Below are positions 17,864-27,864 of a stretch of 64,000 nucleotides of DNA, in pieces. The notes beneath the pieces are model-generated. The model made no database searches, was not told the origin of the DNA, and was given only the letters and a program-made list of their open reading frames with translations. Position 1 is the first letter of the stretch. Every line of letters starts with the position of its first letter. Source of the DNA: Candidatus Pyrohabitans jungbluthii (GTDB lineage Archaea; Hydrothermarchaeota; Hydrothermarchaeia; Hydrothermarchaeales; BMS3B); assembly GCA_002010065.2 (NCBI GenBank), contig MTMD02000014.1, positions 64,001-128,000 on the forward strand. Direction: 5' to 3'. A program made the translations under genes and the position numbers.

Positions 17864-19396
17864 TTAAAATTTAATTCTCCCATTTTCCACCGGCAACACC
17901 ACCTCAACCCCATCCAACCTCTCCACAAAGAACTCCGGCCTCTCGGTATGCACCGGCACCACCACCTCGGGTTCAATCTCCTCCACCATCCTGATAATCT
18001 CATCGCCTGAGGCGTGTCCGCTAGCGTGGTAGCCGCGCTGGAACTCTGGCACTGGCTTGCCGTTTTTCTCAACAATCTCGAAGCCCCTGACCTCGAGGTT
18101 GAAAAACTTCAGCCAGTTGTATAAGCGCAGGAAGTCGATGACCTGCTCCTCTGTGTATGCCTCGCTGCTTGAGTAAATGTATGTTCCGCCTTCTGGTTTA
18201 ATGTCCAGCAGGTGCTTCATGTCCCAGAAGCTGAAGCACAGGATGTAGCTCTCTGGCGAGGTGGCTATCTCGCTGGGATCAACCAGCTTGTCCTCATACC
18301 TCTCGTGCACCTCTCTTTCAAAGGCGTCCCTCTTTGCCTTTAACTCCTTATAAACCAAAAGCTCATTCATTCTATCAACGCACTGGGCACATCTCAGAGC
18401 GTCAAGGAGATAGGCGTCCTTAGCTAGGACTACGAGCTCTCGCCCAGCCTCTTTTGCAATCCTTGCGAAGGTGTCCAGGCGCTCAAAGTTTCTCGGCGAG
18501 AAGTCGGCAATCACCAGCTGCTCTTCATCAAGTGTAGCCTCAAGGCAGGTCTCATACACCTGCTGCTCCGAAACCTCAGCCTCTTCAACCCCCGCTCTTG
18601 TGCCCTCGATTATGAGAACCTGCGGGGCGAGCGCCTTCGCCTCTTTAATAAACCTCTCAGTCTTCTCTTTAAACGTGCCATGGGCGCGGATATCGCCTGT
18701 GTAGACCACCCAGCCGGCTGAGGTTTCGACGGCGCAGGCAGCTGCACCATAGATGGAGTGGTCTACATCAAACACCTTAACCTCAAGGCCAAGCTCGTCT
18801 AAGGTTTTAAGCTTCCCCGCATCCAAGCCTCTGGAGCTGGGGCAGCGCTGCCAGAAGTCCTCAAGTTCGCTGTTTGCATCGCCTGCTATAACATAGTCCC
18901 TGCCAATGTATGGTGCCTTTCTCCAGTGGCTGGTGTTGAGCACTCTCGCATCGCCGGGAAAAGCCTCCCTGGGTGCGGAGTAGGCAACCTCTGCGTTGAA
19001 GCTCAAGCCACAGTCGTTCATCGCTTTGAGTATCGCCGCCGTTGTGGGGGTTGCTATCGTGGGGATATCCAGGTCAAGCAGGCCCAGGTTGCCCGCATGG
19101 TCGAGGTGCGCATGGGAGATGAACACAGCTTCTATGTTAAGCCTCGGCATGCGTGAGAGGTCAACATCGCTGGGGATTAGGTCGGAGCGGTAGTTGTTTA
19201 TCCAGGGTATCAGGCCCATGTGCAGCAGGTCGTGGATACCTCTCGCTGGCCTGGGGCTGAGAAACTCCTCGTAGAAGTCGTACATCTTCTTATAGTTGAT
19301 TCCGAAATCGAGGAGAATGCCTCTGCCATCGCTTTCCAGGAAAATCTTGTTACCCCCGATGCTCCTCGCCCCGTCGAAGATGGTTATGCTGGGCAT
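17864..19396 (-). CDS. beta-CASP MBL-fold nuclease (RNase J-like)
   Basis: IGGNKI, LDFG, SHAHLDH, VDHS, YTGD, HASGHA, PVHTE. Confidence 0.85.
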   Translation of the reverse strand: MPSITIFDGARSIGGNKIFLESDGRGILLDFGINYKKMYDFYEEFLSPRPARGIHDLLHMGLIPWINNYRSDLIPSDVDLSRMPRLNIEAVFISHAHLDHAGNLGLLDLDIPTIATPTTAAILKAMNDCGLSFNAEVAYSAPREAFPGDARVLNTSHWRKAPYIGRDYVIAGDANSELEDFWQRCPSSRGLDAGKLKTLDELGLEVKVFDVDHSIYGAAACAVETSAGWVVYTGDIRAHGTFKEKTERFIKEAKALAPQVLIIEGTRAGVEEAEVSEQQVYETCLEATLDEEQLVIADFSPRNFERLDTFARIAKEAGRELVVLAKDAYLLDALRCAQCVDRMNELLVYKELKAKRDAFEREVHERYEDKLVDPSEIATSPESYILCFSFWDMKHLLDIKPEGGTYIYSSSEAYTEEQVIDFLRLYNWLKFFNLEVRGFEIVEKNGKPVPEFQRGYHASGHASGDEIIRMVEEIEPEVVVPVHTERPEFFVERLDGVEVVLPVENGRIKF

Positions 19397-19506
19397 CAAG
19401 TCCACCTTGCAAAATAAGGTATCTACGATGTGAGATAAATAATATGTGGCGTAAAGGAGAGGGAAAATTGCTTTAGGTGAAGATGCAACTATCACAATGG
19501 TGGCTC

Positions 19507-20121
19507 ATGAATGGAATAAAAGAGGAAAAACAAAAGCTGAGGGAATACGTCTGGAGGAGGCTTGAAGAAGCGGGAGTGGCGAGATTTCCTCCACCTTACG
19601 GAAGGATACCCAACTTTGAGGGGGCAGAAATAGCGGCGGAGAGGTTAAGCAAGTTGGAGGAGTGGAGAAGGGCAAAGGTGGTGCTCGCAAATCCCGACTC
19701 GCCTCAGAGGAAGGTGAGGGAGCTCGCCCTTAAACAGGGAAAGATGCTCATCATGGCATCCCCCAAGCTCAAGAGGGGATATCTTAAGATAGACCCTGCG
19801 GATGTGAAGGGAAGGGAGAGGGAGGCTTCCAGTATTAAGGGAGCCTTCAAATATGGCAGGACTATCAGCCTGGACGAGGTGGGGGGCATAGACTTGGTAA
19901 TCACTGGCTGTGTCGCTGCCACAGAGGGAGGCGTAAGGCTCGGCAAGGGTGGCGGCTACGGCGACAGGGAGATAGCAGCAGTGCGCGAAAGATTTGGGGA
20001 CGTAGCTGTGGCAACCACTCTGCACGAGCTTCAGATACTTGAGAGAATCCCTGAAGAAAAGCACGACCAGAGGGTTAGCATAATAGCAACGCCGCGCAGG
20101 GTGGTTAGAGTCCAGGAGTAG
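19507..20121 (+). CDS. 5-formyltetrahydrofolate cyclo-ligase family protein (MTHFSD-like)
   Basis: GRIPNF, NPDSPQ, RLGKGGGYGD. Confidence 0.85.
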   Translation: MNGIKEEKQKLREYVWRRLEEAGVARFPPPYGRIPNFEGAEIAAERLSKLEEWRRAKVVLANPDSPQRKVRELALKQGKMLIMASPKLKRGYLKIDPADVKGREREASSIKGAFKYGRTISLDEVGGIDLVITGCVAATEGGVRLGKGGGYGDREIAAVRERFGDVAVATTLHELQILERIPEEKHDQRVSIIATPRRVVRVQE

Positions 20122-20773
20122 CGCCTCTGCCACGCCCTCCGGGGCACACATCGGTGCAAAGGGTGCACTTTCTGAAGCTTCCCCCACGCTCGAAGCGAAG
20201 GTTGTACTCGTAGCACCGCCTCGCATCGAAGGTTTCACCTATAGCGCTGGCTGGACATGCCTCTATGCAAGCGTTGCACTCCAGGCAGAGGTCGGGCACG
20301 CTCTGCTCAGAGCCTGAGAGTATGGCGCTCGTGGCTACGCCAGCGAACCTGGCGCGGGGGCCAAATTCTGGAGTTATCACAAGACCATTTCTGCCAATTG
20401 TGCCCACGCCGGCGATAGCTGCTAATCTGCGTATGTCAGCGCTCGGCTGCGAGGAGCTTATAACCTCACTCTCGTATCCCATTTTAAGCAGGAGGTTTGA
20501 AACCTTATAAGCTACGAGGTCGAGAATCTGGTCAACAAACTGCTTCGCTCTATTCCAGCCTTCCTGCCTGACGCCAACCAGAAGCTCCTTCTCCTTTATA
20601 CCCAGACCAAAAACAATTACGCTTCTCGCCCAGGGAAAACCTGTGAGGGGTGCTGCGTACGCTCCGCAGTAGCACCCGAAGATGTCCATTCCCTCTTCAA
20701 CGACGATAGCCTTAACCTCATCCTTCAGCGCCCAGAGGCGCGACTGAAGCAAAGCTCTAGACTCTGCTGCCAC
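20105..20773 (-). CDS. QueG/reductive-dehalogenase-like 2x[4Fe-4S] protein (cobalamin-dependent family)
   Basis: ARSVIV, AGVGTIGRNGLVITPEFGPRAR, CLECNACIEACP, C...CTLCTDVCP. Confidence 0.75.
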   Translation of the reverse strand: MAAESRALLQSRLWALKDEVKAIVVEEGMDIFGCYCGAYAAPLTGFPWARSVIVFGLGIKEKELLVGVRQEGWNRAKQFVDQILDLVAYKVSNLLLKMGYESEVISSSQPSADIRRLAAIAGVGTIGRNGLVITPEFGPRARFAGVATSAILSGSEQSVPDLCLECNACIEACPASAIGETFDARRCYEYNLRFERGGSFRKCTLCTDVCPGGRGRGATPGL

Positions 20774-20774
20774 T

Positions 20775-21242
20775 CTACTTCCTCTCCTTTGCGCTTCCTT
20801 CAATCTCACACATTCCATAGTCGCAGGCGCACTCCTCTCCAGCGGCGCTCTCAACTTCCAGGAACTTTCTCAGCCCTACTGCGAGGGATGAAGTTTCTGC
20901 CACGTGGCTGGCGATGAGCACAGCATCGAGAACCTCCTCCTTGCTAGCGCCATTGGCGAGGGCACGCTTCATGTGGCTGAGAGCGCAGGCATCGCAGCGC
21001 AGGGCTACAGCAGAGGCTAAAGCGACTAGCTCCGCAACCTTTGGCTCAAGGGTGCTGCCTAATATGAGGTTCGAGCTTTTAATAAAATTCGGGATAAAAA
21101 TCTCAGGCTTGGTGCTCAAAACTCTGGAAACAAGGGGCACCTCGCCGTACCTCTCCTCTATCATGCTGAGTATCTCCTTCACCGTCGCTTCCTTGTCCTC
21201 AAAAAGTAAGCGCACCTTGGAATTGAGGTTGACATGAGCCAT
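20775..21242 (-). CDS. carboxymuconolactone decarboxylase/AhpD family protein
   Basis: ELVALA..RCDACALSH..GASKEE; Cys-rich tail. Confidence 0.85.
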   Translation of the reverse strand: MAHVNLNSKVRLLFEDKEATVKEILSMIEERYGEVPLVSRVLSTKPEIFIPNFIKSSNLILGSTLEPKVAELVALASAVALRCDACALSHMKRALANGASKEEVLDAVLIASHVAETSSLAVGLRKFLEVESAAGEECACDYGMCEIEGSAKERK

Positions 21243-21304
21243 TGGGATAAAATACAATCTTGGTATATTTAACATTTTTGGTATATTGTCCAATAAAAAA
21301 TAGA

Positions 21305-21318
21305 AGAAGTTGGATATT
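21305..21318 (-). promoter_or_regulatory. candidate operator AATATCCAACTTCT (copy 1)
   Basis: Exact 14-bp match to 29422-29435; part of a TCCAA-N16-TTGGA inverted repeat upstream of the AhpD gene. Confidence 0.5.
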
Positions 21319-21748
21319 ATTCTTTCTTCAACTCTATGTCATACAGCTTCACAAAGTCCGTCGCAGAGAGTATGCCTACCGGAATGGGGAGGCTGCCCAC
21401 GGGCTTCTTCTGGGTTATCACCAGGCGGTGGATGTTCTTCTCCAGCATCACTTTCGCCGCTTCTTCCAGGTTCGACTCCGGTGCGATGTCTATGGTGTGT
21501 GGCGTCATTATGTCCTCTGCGGTAAGGCTGAGAATCTCCTCCTTAGTCTTGCCGGTGAAGTTCTTCAGGATGTCGACGCTGGAGATAACCCCCATGGTCT
21601 CACTCTGGTTGTTCACAACCACGACGGCGGTTACATCGTTCTCCACCATAGCATCGAGAACCTCTTTCACACCAGCTGTGAAGTTCACTGTGACTACGCC
21701 CCGTGTCATTACATCTCTCACAGCAAACTTACTGAGAAGGTCTCCCAC
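21317..21748 (-). CDS. CBS-domain pair protein
   Basis: VRDVMT...GVISSVD, AEDIMT...IHRLV..GILSATD. Confidence 0.9.
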   Translation of the reverse strand: MGDLLSKFAVRDVMTRGVVTVNFTAGVKEVLDAMVENDVTAVVVVNNQSETMGVISSVDILKNFTGKTKEEILSLTAEDIMTPHTIDIAPESNLEEAAKVMLEKNIHRLVITQKKPVGSLPIPVGILSATDFVKLYDIELKKE

Positions 21749-21762
21749 TATTCAGCCCCCTA

Positions 21763-22779
21763 CTACCTGACTGCACCGATAAAGGCCTTTATGTTATCTA
21801 GGGGCACCGTGGGCGGGATATCGCAACCGGGGCAGAGCACGTATCCACCGCCCTCAGCGGCGGCGGAGATGCATTCCTGCGCTGCCTTCTTCACATCCTC
21901 GGGTGTGCCCTCGGTGAGCACAGCTACGGGGTTAACGTTGCCAGCGATGCATATTTTGCCGGATAACTCTCTCTTGGCTGTGGCAAGGTCAACCTTGTGG
22001 TCTAAGCTGAAGCAGCCTGCTTTGCTCTCTGCTATTTCATGGAGCTTGTCGCTGGTGTTGCCGCAGATGTGCAGGAATGTGCGCGCGCCCATCTTCTCAA
22101 TCTCTTGCACAAGCTCCTTGAGCGCTGGCAGAGCGTATTCCACAAACTGCTTCTTTGATATTAAATCACCGCTCGCCGTGGGGTCAGCGATGCTCACAGC
22201 CTCCATGCCCACGTCCCTTATAAGCGGCTCATAGAAGGCAAGGATAAGCTCCTTTGCGAAGTCAACCACCTGCTTGACAAACTCCTTGTTTTTGTAGGTG
22301 TCGCGCATCAGCCTCTCCACACCACGAAGGTTAGCTGCCTTTGTGAAGGGTCCCCACGCGGTAGTGCCCACGAGGTACTTATCGCCTATGCGCTCGTACA
22401 CAATCTCAGAGGCACGCCAGACTGTGCGTATCGCCTCGCTCTCGGAAATCTTCTCTACATCCAGCGCTTCTAGGTCTTCGGGCGAGTCTATTATTGGTGC
22501 TTCTAGGTCGGGTGCACCTACGCGGCGAACCTTTATCTTTCCTCCAATCGCCGCCGCCAGGAAGTTGTTGTAGCCGGAGCCAGGGAAGACCATATCCGAC
22601 TGGATTAACTCGGCGGTCTTTATTATGGTCTCCGCGTACTCCTCTGGCTTGCCTATAAAATCCATGAAGGTCTTTCCCGCATTCTTTATAGTCCACATCC
22701 CCCCGCCGTAAATTACGGCGGGCACCCTCTCGGGCGTGCCCAACTCAAAAGCTTCGAGAAGTATATCCTTCGGCTGCAT
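21763..22779 (-). CDS. MtaA/CmuA (URO-D fold) methylcobamide methyltransferase, paralog 1
   Basis: GPFT, DPTAS, Zn motif HICG...PGCD. Confidence 0.85.
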   Translation of the reverse strand: MQPKDILLEAFELGTPERVPAVIYGGGMWTIKNAGKTFMDFIGKPEEYAETIIKTAELIQSDMVFPGSGYNNFLAAAIGGKIKVRRVGAPDLEAPIIDSPEDLEALDVEKISESEAIRTVWRASEIVYERIGDKYLVGTTAWGPFTKAANLRGVERLMRDTYKNKEFVKQVVDFAKELILAFYEPLIRDVGMEAVSIADPTASGDLISKKQFVEYALPALKELVQEIEKMGARTFLHICGNTSDKLHEIAESKAGCFSLDHKVDLATAKRELSGKICIAGNVNPVAVLTEGTPEDVKKAAQECISAAAEGGGYVLCPGCDIPPTVPLDNIKAFIGAVR

Positions 22780-22960
22780 GTCCTACCACCTCAGTTTAAG
22801 TATAATTGTTGTACCAGACGTATATAAATTTATCCTAGTGTTAGGATTTTTTTCAAATCTATGGATATAAATATGGACTGTTTTTAGATTAATTAGTAAA
22901 ATTTAAATATGGGGATAAGCAAATATCCATACCGGAGGTGACTCCAGGAGGTAGCATTGG

Positions 22961-23377
22961 ATGGCAAATGAGTGTGAGGAATATGTAAAGGAGAAGATGA
23001 AGATAGTACCCAGGTTTTTGAAGCCAATCTGCCAGGTGCACCCCGAGGCTGCGAAGCGCTTCGCAGACTTCTATGAAACGATTTTCGGCGATGGCGCGCT
23101 GGACAGGAAGACAAAAGAGCTTATTTTTACTGCGATAGGCGTTGCCACGGCTTCACCTCGCTGCATAGTCCACGTTATCCCTGCGATTGAGGCTGGGGCA
23201 ACAGACGAGGAGATTCTCGAGGCTGTGGCGGTGGGCTTCGTAGGTGCAGGATTCTATCCAAATAACCCCGGTATCCCCTACTGTTTCGAGTATGCCGCCA
23301 AGGTGCTCGAAATAGCGCAGAAGTACAGAAAGGGCGAGGACTGGGAGTACCTCAAGCCTCCAGAGTTCAGGGGCTAA
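22961..23377 (+). CDS. carboxymuconolactone decarboxylase family protein (single-Cys variant)
   Basis: GALDRKTKELI, SPRCIVH, GATDEEI; GGAGGT RBS. Confidence 0.85.
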   Translation: MANECEEYVKEKMKIVPRFLKPICQVHPEAAKRFADFYETIFGDGALDRKTKELIFTAIGVATASPRCIVHVIPAIEAGATDEEILEAVAVGFVGAGFYPNNPGIPYCFEYAAKVLEIAQKYRKGEDWEYLKPPEFRG

Positions 23378-23382
23378 GCCCC

Positions 23383-23631
23383 TTATCTTTTCTTTTCCGG
23401 CAGCGTGTATTTTCCCTTTTTGAGATACTTTCTTACCACGTAGGGCATGTACCTGCACTCCCCACAGTGCTCGCCGAAGTCGTTTTCTCCAGGGCAGAGC
23501 TCACCTCCCATGTAGTTCAGCGTTACCTCTCCTTCGTGCACCTCCACCTTCTCCATGGGGTCGAGGAAGAAAGATTTGATAACCTCAAGGTCTTCTTCGC
23601 TCACCTCTAATAGTTTAACTCTGCACAGCAT
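23383..23631 (-). CDS. small Cys-containing hypothetical protein
   Basis: Coupled to the upstream HdrD-like gene; C..HCGEC motif. Confidence 0.55.
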   Translation of the reverse strand: MLCRVKLLEVSEEDLEVIKSFFLDPMEKVEVHEGEVTLNYMGGELCPGENDFGEHCGECRYMPYVVRKYLKKGKYTLPEKKR

Positions 23632-23642
23632 ACTCACGCCTC

Positions 23643-24896
23643 CTAAAGAAAGCTTACCGCGTACTGGAGCACGTCGTTGCACTTAACGCCGCTCTTAAAC
23701 GCGCGCCATTCTTTGCCGTAGGGCTCTGGAAGGCGCCTCGCCACGTACATCGCATAGCACGCGGGACAGTTCATGAGCAGCGTCTCAGCACCAGTGCGCT
23801 CTGCATCGCGTAAAAAGAGCTTGCCTATCTCCAGGGCAACCTCCGGCCTTGCTCCGCGTATTCCCCCGCCAGCGCCGCAGCACTTTGTCAGCCTTCCGTG
23901 GCGCTCAAGCTCGACCAGCTCCACCCCGGGCAGGTGTTGTATTACTGTGCGAGGCTCCTCGTATATGCGGGGTCCGCGAAAGCCTCGTGTAAGCTGACAG
24001 GGGTCGTGGTAGGTAACCTTTTCTTTTCTTTCTTTTGTAAACTTGAGCCTGCCATCCTCAACAGCTTCGGCTATTATCTGGGTAATGTGGAGCACCTCAA
24101 AGGGAAGCTTCCCTGCATAGCCTCGCCACACTTCGCGAATCTGCTGAAGGCAGCATGGGCAGCTCACTGCAAGCGTGGCTATGCCCTTCTCCTCGAGCTT
24201 GGCGATATTGTTCTCCACCAGCTCTTCCTGAAGCTCCCACATGCCAGCGACGGCGAGGGGCCAGCCGCAGCACCAGGCTTGAGAAGCTTCCAGAAGTGTG
24301 AATTCTATGCCTGCCGCATTGAGCAGGCGAACCGCTGCCTCTGCCATCGCAGGCGCATCCCAGGCGACGCCACACCCCTCGAAGTAGCAGAGCTCTGCGC
24401 TCTCGGCCACCTTCACCTCTGGCGGTAGCCAGATTTTGTAGCGCAGCTCGAGAGGTGAGGGAAATATGCTGTGGTGCTTCCTTGCGTTTTCCAGCAGCTT
24501 GGGCAGCGTGCCTGGCGCGGAGTAGCCCATGCCCACAAGCTCTTTTCGCATAGCCCACCAGAGCTTCTGCGTGTCGATGCCCACCTCGCAGGTTTCGCCG
24601 CAGGCGCCGCAGGTGGTGCAGGCGTAGAGTGCGTCGAGGAAGCGGATAACCTCCTCCTCCGCAGGCTTTTTTGCTCCCAGAAGCTTCGCCCTTAAGCCGT
24701 GCACCGCCTCAATGAAGCCCTTATACTCGGCTATCTTCGCGGGCGGCGAGATGTCGCGATTCTGCGTTGTCTCCTGAACAACGCACGCGTCGAAGCAAGC
24801 GCCGCAGCGCACACACGCTTCAAGCTCCAGCATCTGCTTCCGGGTAAGCTGGGTGAGAAAATCTTTCTTAGGCAAAGCCCGTGCTTTCTCCAGCAT
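23643..24896 (-). CDS. HdrD/GlpC-like Fe-S oxidoreductase (2 ferredoxin motifs + 2 CCG domains)
   Basis: CVRCGACFDAC, CTTCGACGETC, WCCG, CPCC, YHDPC, CCGAGGG, CPAC. Confidence 0.88.
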   Translation of the reverse strand: MLEKARALPKKDFLTQLTRKQMLELEACVRCGACFDACVVQETTQNRDISPPAKIAEYKGFIEAVHGLRAKLLGAKKPAEEEVIRFLDALYACTTCGACGETCEVGIDTQKLWWAMRKELVGMGYSAPGTLPKLLENARKHHSIFPSPLELRYKIWLPPEVKVAESAELCYFEGCGVAWDAPAMAEAAVRLLNAAGIEFTLLEASQAWCCGWPLAVAGMWELQEELVENNIAKLEEKGIATLAVSCPCCLQQIREVWRGYAGKLPFEVLHITQIIAEAVEDGRLKFTKERKEKVTYHDPCQLTRGFRGPRIYEEPRTVIQHLPGVELVELERHGRLTKCCGAGGGIRGARPEVALEIGKLFLRDAERTGAETLLMNCPACYAMYVARRLPEPYGKEWRAFKSGVKCNDVLQYAVSFL

Positions 24897-25055
24897 GGTA
24901 TAATTTATACGGTTGTGATATAAAAAGATAAACCGTGGTATTTATAAAGGGAAAACTAAACTGGGCTCCCTGGAAATCGAAGTTGTGGAATTTTCAGAAA
25001 CAGAGAAGGTGGAATACTGGGAATGTGAAAAATGCTTCGCTGGAGATTAAAAGCT

Positions 25056-25295
25056 TTAATTGAGCTTTTTAATCAGGTAGATAATCCTCTCTCCTTCGTC
25101 TCTCACCTCCAGCAGCTCATTTCCTGTTCTCTTCACGCACGCTGGGATGTCTGTTTTCGAGGCTTTATCTGTGGCTATTACCATCAGCACCTCTCCTGGG
25201 CGCATTTTCTTCAGCGCATTTCTTGCTTTAAGTACAGGCTGCGGGCACACAGCGCCGCTAACATCCAGCACCACATCCGCCTTTACTTCAGCCAT
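25056..25295 (-). CDS. tusA: TusA/SirA sulfur carrier
   Basis: LDVSGAVCPQP motif, GEVL.V.ATD. Confidence 0.88.
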   Translation of the reverse strand: MAEVKADVVLDVSGAVCPQPVLKARNALKKMRPGEVLMVIATDKASKTDIPACVKRTGNELLEVRDEGERIIYLIKKLN

Positions 25296-25299
25296 AACA

Positions 25300-25668
25300 T
25301 CACCCCAGTGAGATAACATTATTTGCCTCAAGTGCCAGGTCTATGAGCGTCGCCGCCCCAGAAACCTTCGCTTCGTCGATAAGGTCTTCCTCCTTGATTC
25401 CCTTCACCTTCATTGTCTGCTCGCACACCAGTATCTCTACGCCGGCTTCGATGGCTTCCTCTAGGCGCTGCTTTATCGTTGGTACGCCCGGCTTTGCCTC
25501 CTCTTTATCCAGGGCGCCCTTGACCATTATCTCAGCGCCCTCCTGAACGCAGAAGAGTATGGTCTCAACGTCCATTGCAGCGCTTATAGAAGCGAACATG
25601 AGCGTTGCGCGGGTAACGCCGGGTGAGTTGAAGCCCGTGGTTAAGACGAAGACCAGCTTGTCTCCCAT
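25300..25668 (-). CDS. DsrE/DsrF-like sulfur relay protein
   Basis: FCVQEG, GVEILVCEQ, EDLID..GAATL. Confidence 0.82.
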   Translation of the reverse strand: MGDKLVFVLTTGFNSPGVTRATLMFASISAAMDVETILFCVQEGAEIMVKGALDKEEAKPGVPTIKQRLEEAIEAGVEILVCEQTMKVKGIKEEDLIDEAKVSGAATLIDLALEANNVISLG

Positions 25669-25700
25669 TGAAACCACCTGCAAAAAAGTAAAAAGGGGGT

Positions 25701-26234
25701 TTATACTGTGCGCCTGCTTTCCAGCGTTACCTCCACGTTGACAGGGTTGCGCAAGGTACTACCCACAGGCGAGGTTTTCACAACGTCTTCGTGAAGCTTC
25801 TGAAGCTCTTCCTTGCTCACAGGCGTCTTGGTCTTGAGGAACACCCTGGCGCGGACGTTGGTAAACCCTGGCCACACCTTCTCAGGCGGCTCAAGGGCAA
25901 GGAAGCCTGGAAGATCTATATCACCCTCAACTTCAACCTCAACCTTCGCAAGCTCTATTCCGCGAACAGCGGCGTTCATAACGTAGCCCACAATTAGGCA
26001 GGCGCCGAAGGCACCGAGAACGAACTCCACCATGTTGGGCGCAGTGTTTGTGCCTCCTAGGTCAAGGGGCTCGTCCATTCTTATGGTGAAGTCCCTTATT
26101 CTCACCTCTTCCTTGAAGCCTCCCTTCCACTTGGCGCTGGCGCGCCACAGAGTCTTTCCGAGCTCAGGGTTTGCCTTTACTGTCTCCACCACCTTCTGGA
26201 GGTACTCCACATCCAGGCCGTTCACAACTTTCAT
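25701..26234 (-). CDS. OsmC/Ohr family protein
   Basis: DEP..LGGTNTAPN..E, GACL, SPV. Confidence 0.85.
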   Translation of the reverse strand: MKVVNGLDVEYLQKVVETVKANPELGKTLWRASAKWKGGFKEEVRIRDFTIRMDEPLDLGGTNTAPNMVEFVLGAFGACLIVGYVMNAAVRGIELAKVEVEVEGDIDLPGFLALEPPEKVWPGFTNVRARVFLKTKTPVSKEELQKLHEDVVKTSPVGSTLRNPVNVEVTLESRRTV

Positions 26235-26307
26235 TCTCAACACCTCAGGTAAAAATGCGCTAACCAGATATGATAAAAAAAGTGGCAGAAAAAGGGTCAA
26301 AACATGG

Positions 26308-27864
26308 TTAGAATATAAGCCGCTTTCCCTTCTCACTCACGCTGAGGAACTTGTTCCTCCCCGCTCTTTCCTCCACAAGCAAACCTTTGCCAAGCAGGAT
26401 TTTCACTCTCTTCCGTGCTGTGGTGCGGGTAACGCCCAGCTTCCTGGTTACGTCCTTGTACGAGGGCTTTACTCCTTTAAGGTTTTGCTCATGAACAAAG
26501 CTAAGAAGGGCGTAAAGTTCTTCGGTGAGCTCCGCCTCCCCTTTAACTCCAACAGCCCTGGTCTCCTTCTCCAATAGGTTTGCCTCCCTCTCATCCAGCG
26601 TCGCAGGATCCACGGAAATCAGGATCACCGCCCTGCTCAGGTATGCTAAGTCACGAAGCTTCTGAAGCAGAGCAAGCGCCGAGCGGAAGCCCCATAGGGT
26701 TATCAGGTAATCAAACCTATCTACCAAGACGACGCTTGTCCTTGTCACAAACTCCCGAATTCTGGTTTCTACAACCTCAGGCTCGGGCTTAATTGTGTCC
26801 TCTCCTTCGCCATACTCGCTGAGCCAGTAGCAGGCAACGCCTTCGCCAAAAATTCGCCTTGCCTCTGCCACTGGTAGCCTGGAAAGCACCATCCCCTTAA
26901 AGCCGCAGTTAATCATATCCCTGAGGATGCTCCTGCTCCTCTCATAGTTTTTCTCCTTCACAAGGTAGAGATTGCCCCTCTTTATGTCGTAGGAGAGCAT
27001 CCTCTCCATCAGCTTCTCCTGCTCCCTCTTCATATCGGTTATATCCACGAGCACATAGAGGGTGCCTCCCGCACCGCGAAGCGGAGAGGCGCTGACAAGC
27101 AGGTGCACCTCTTTCCCCGACTTTTTCTTGAAGTTTATCTCATACCTGTCCTGGGAGTGTCTCTCCAGCCCCGGAAGCACGAAATCGGCGCGCTTTCCAA
27201 CAACCTCATCCCTTTTGTAACCAGTAAGCCTTTCAAACACAGGATTAACAAAGGTTATAAAGCCCTCTGCATCCACTATCACAACGCCTTCTTCCATAGA
27301 TTGAATTATGTTCTCGTTGAACCTCTTGAGTTCCTCCATTTTTTTGAAGAGTCTTGAGTTTCTAATAGCTATAGCAGCATGACTGGCGAAAATCGTGAGC
27401 AGCTTTAAATCTTTGTCTGTAAAACCACCTCCACCAGCCTTGCCGAAGGCAGCAAGCCCGCCGATTATCTTTCCCTTAAAAACAAGCGGCACAACTATGG
27501 CTTCGTTTACATTCAGCTTTTTCACCAGCTCCCTGTTAATCCTGTTGTCGCTCCACAGCGAATTGGTTAGTATCGGCTTGCGATGCTTCACAACCCAGGC
27601 GCAAAGCCCGCCTTCGCTCATCGGCAGACTCATACCCTTCAGCAGATCTCTGTTCTTCCCCGCCGCCTCCTCGTAGGTTATGGTTGAGCGGTCCTCGCTG
27701 ATAACTGGAATTGCCACGGTCTCGGCATTGATGAGCATCCTCGCCTTCTCTGTTATAAGCCGGAAAACCTCCCGCGTATCCAACTCACTCAAAATAGCCA
27801 TGCACACTTCCTGAAGGGCGACAAGCTCGAGGTCACCCTCCACTCTATCAATCATCTGAATCAT
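26308..27864 (-). CDS. GAF-PAS-DUF835-wHTH one-component regulator
   Basis: GAF (VPL..GKIIG..FTDKD), PAS (ITFVN..LTGY..EVVG), DUF835 (YWLS..VVLVD..YL..GF), C-terminal HTH. Confidence 0.8.
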   Translation of the reverse strand: MIQMIDRVEGDLELVALQEVCMAILSELDTREVFRLITEKARMLINAETVAIPVISEDRSTITYEEAAGKNRDLLKGMSLPMSEGGLCAWVVKHRKPILTNSLWSDNRINRELVKKLNVNEAIVVPLVFKGKIIGGLAAFGKAGGGGFTDKDLKLLTIFASHAAIAIRNSRLFKKMEELKRFNENIIQSMEEGVVIVDAEGFITFVNPVFERLTGYKRDEVVGKRADFVLPGLERHSQDRYEINFKKKSGKEVHLLVSASPLRGAGGTLYVLVDITDMKREQEKLMERMLSYDIKRGNLYLVKEKNYERSRSILRDMINCGFKGMVLSRLPVAEARRIFGEGVACYWLSEYGEGEDTIKPEPEVVETRIREFVTRTSVVLVDRFDYLITLWGFRSALALLQKLRDLAYLSRAVILISVDPATLDEREANLLEKETRAVGVKGEAELTEELYALLSFVHEQNLKGVKPSYKDVTRKLGVTRTTARKRVKILLGKGLLVEERAGRNKFLSVSEKGKRLIF

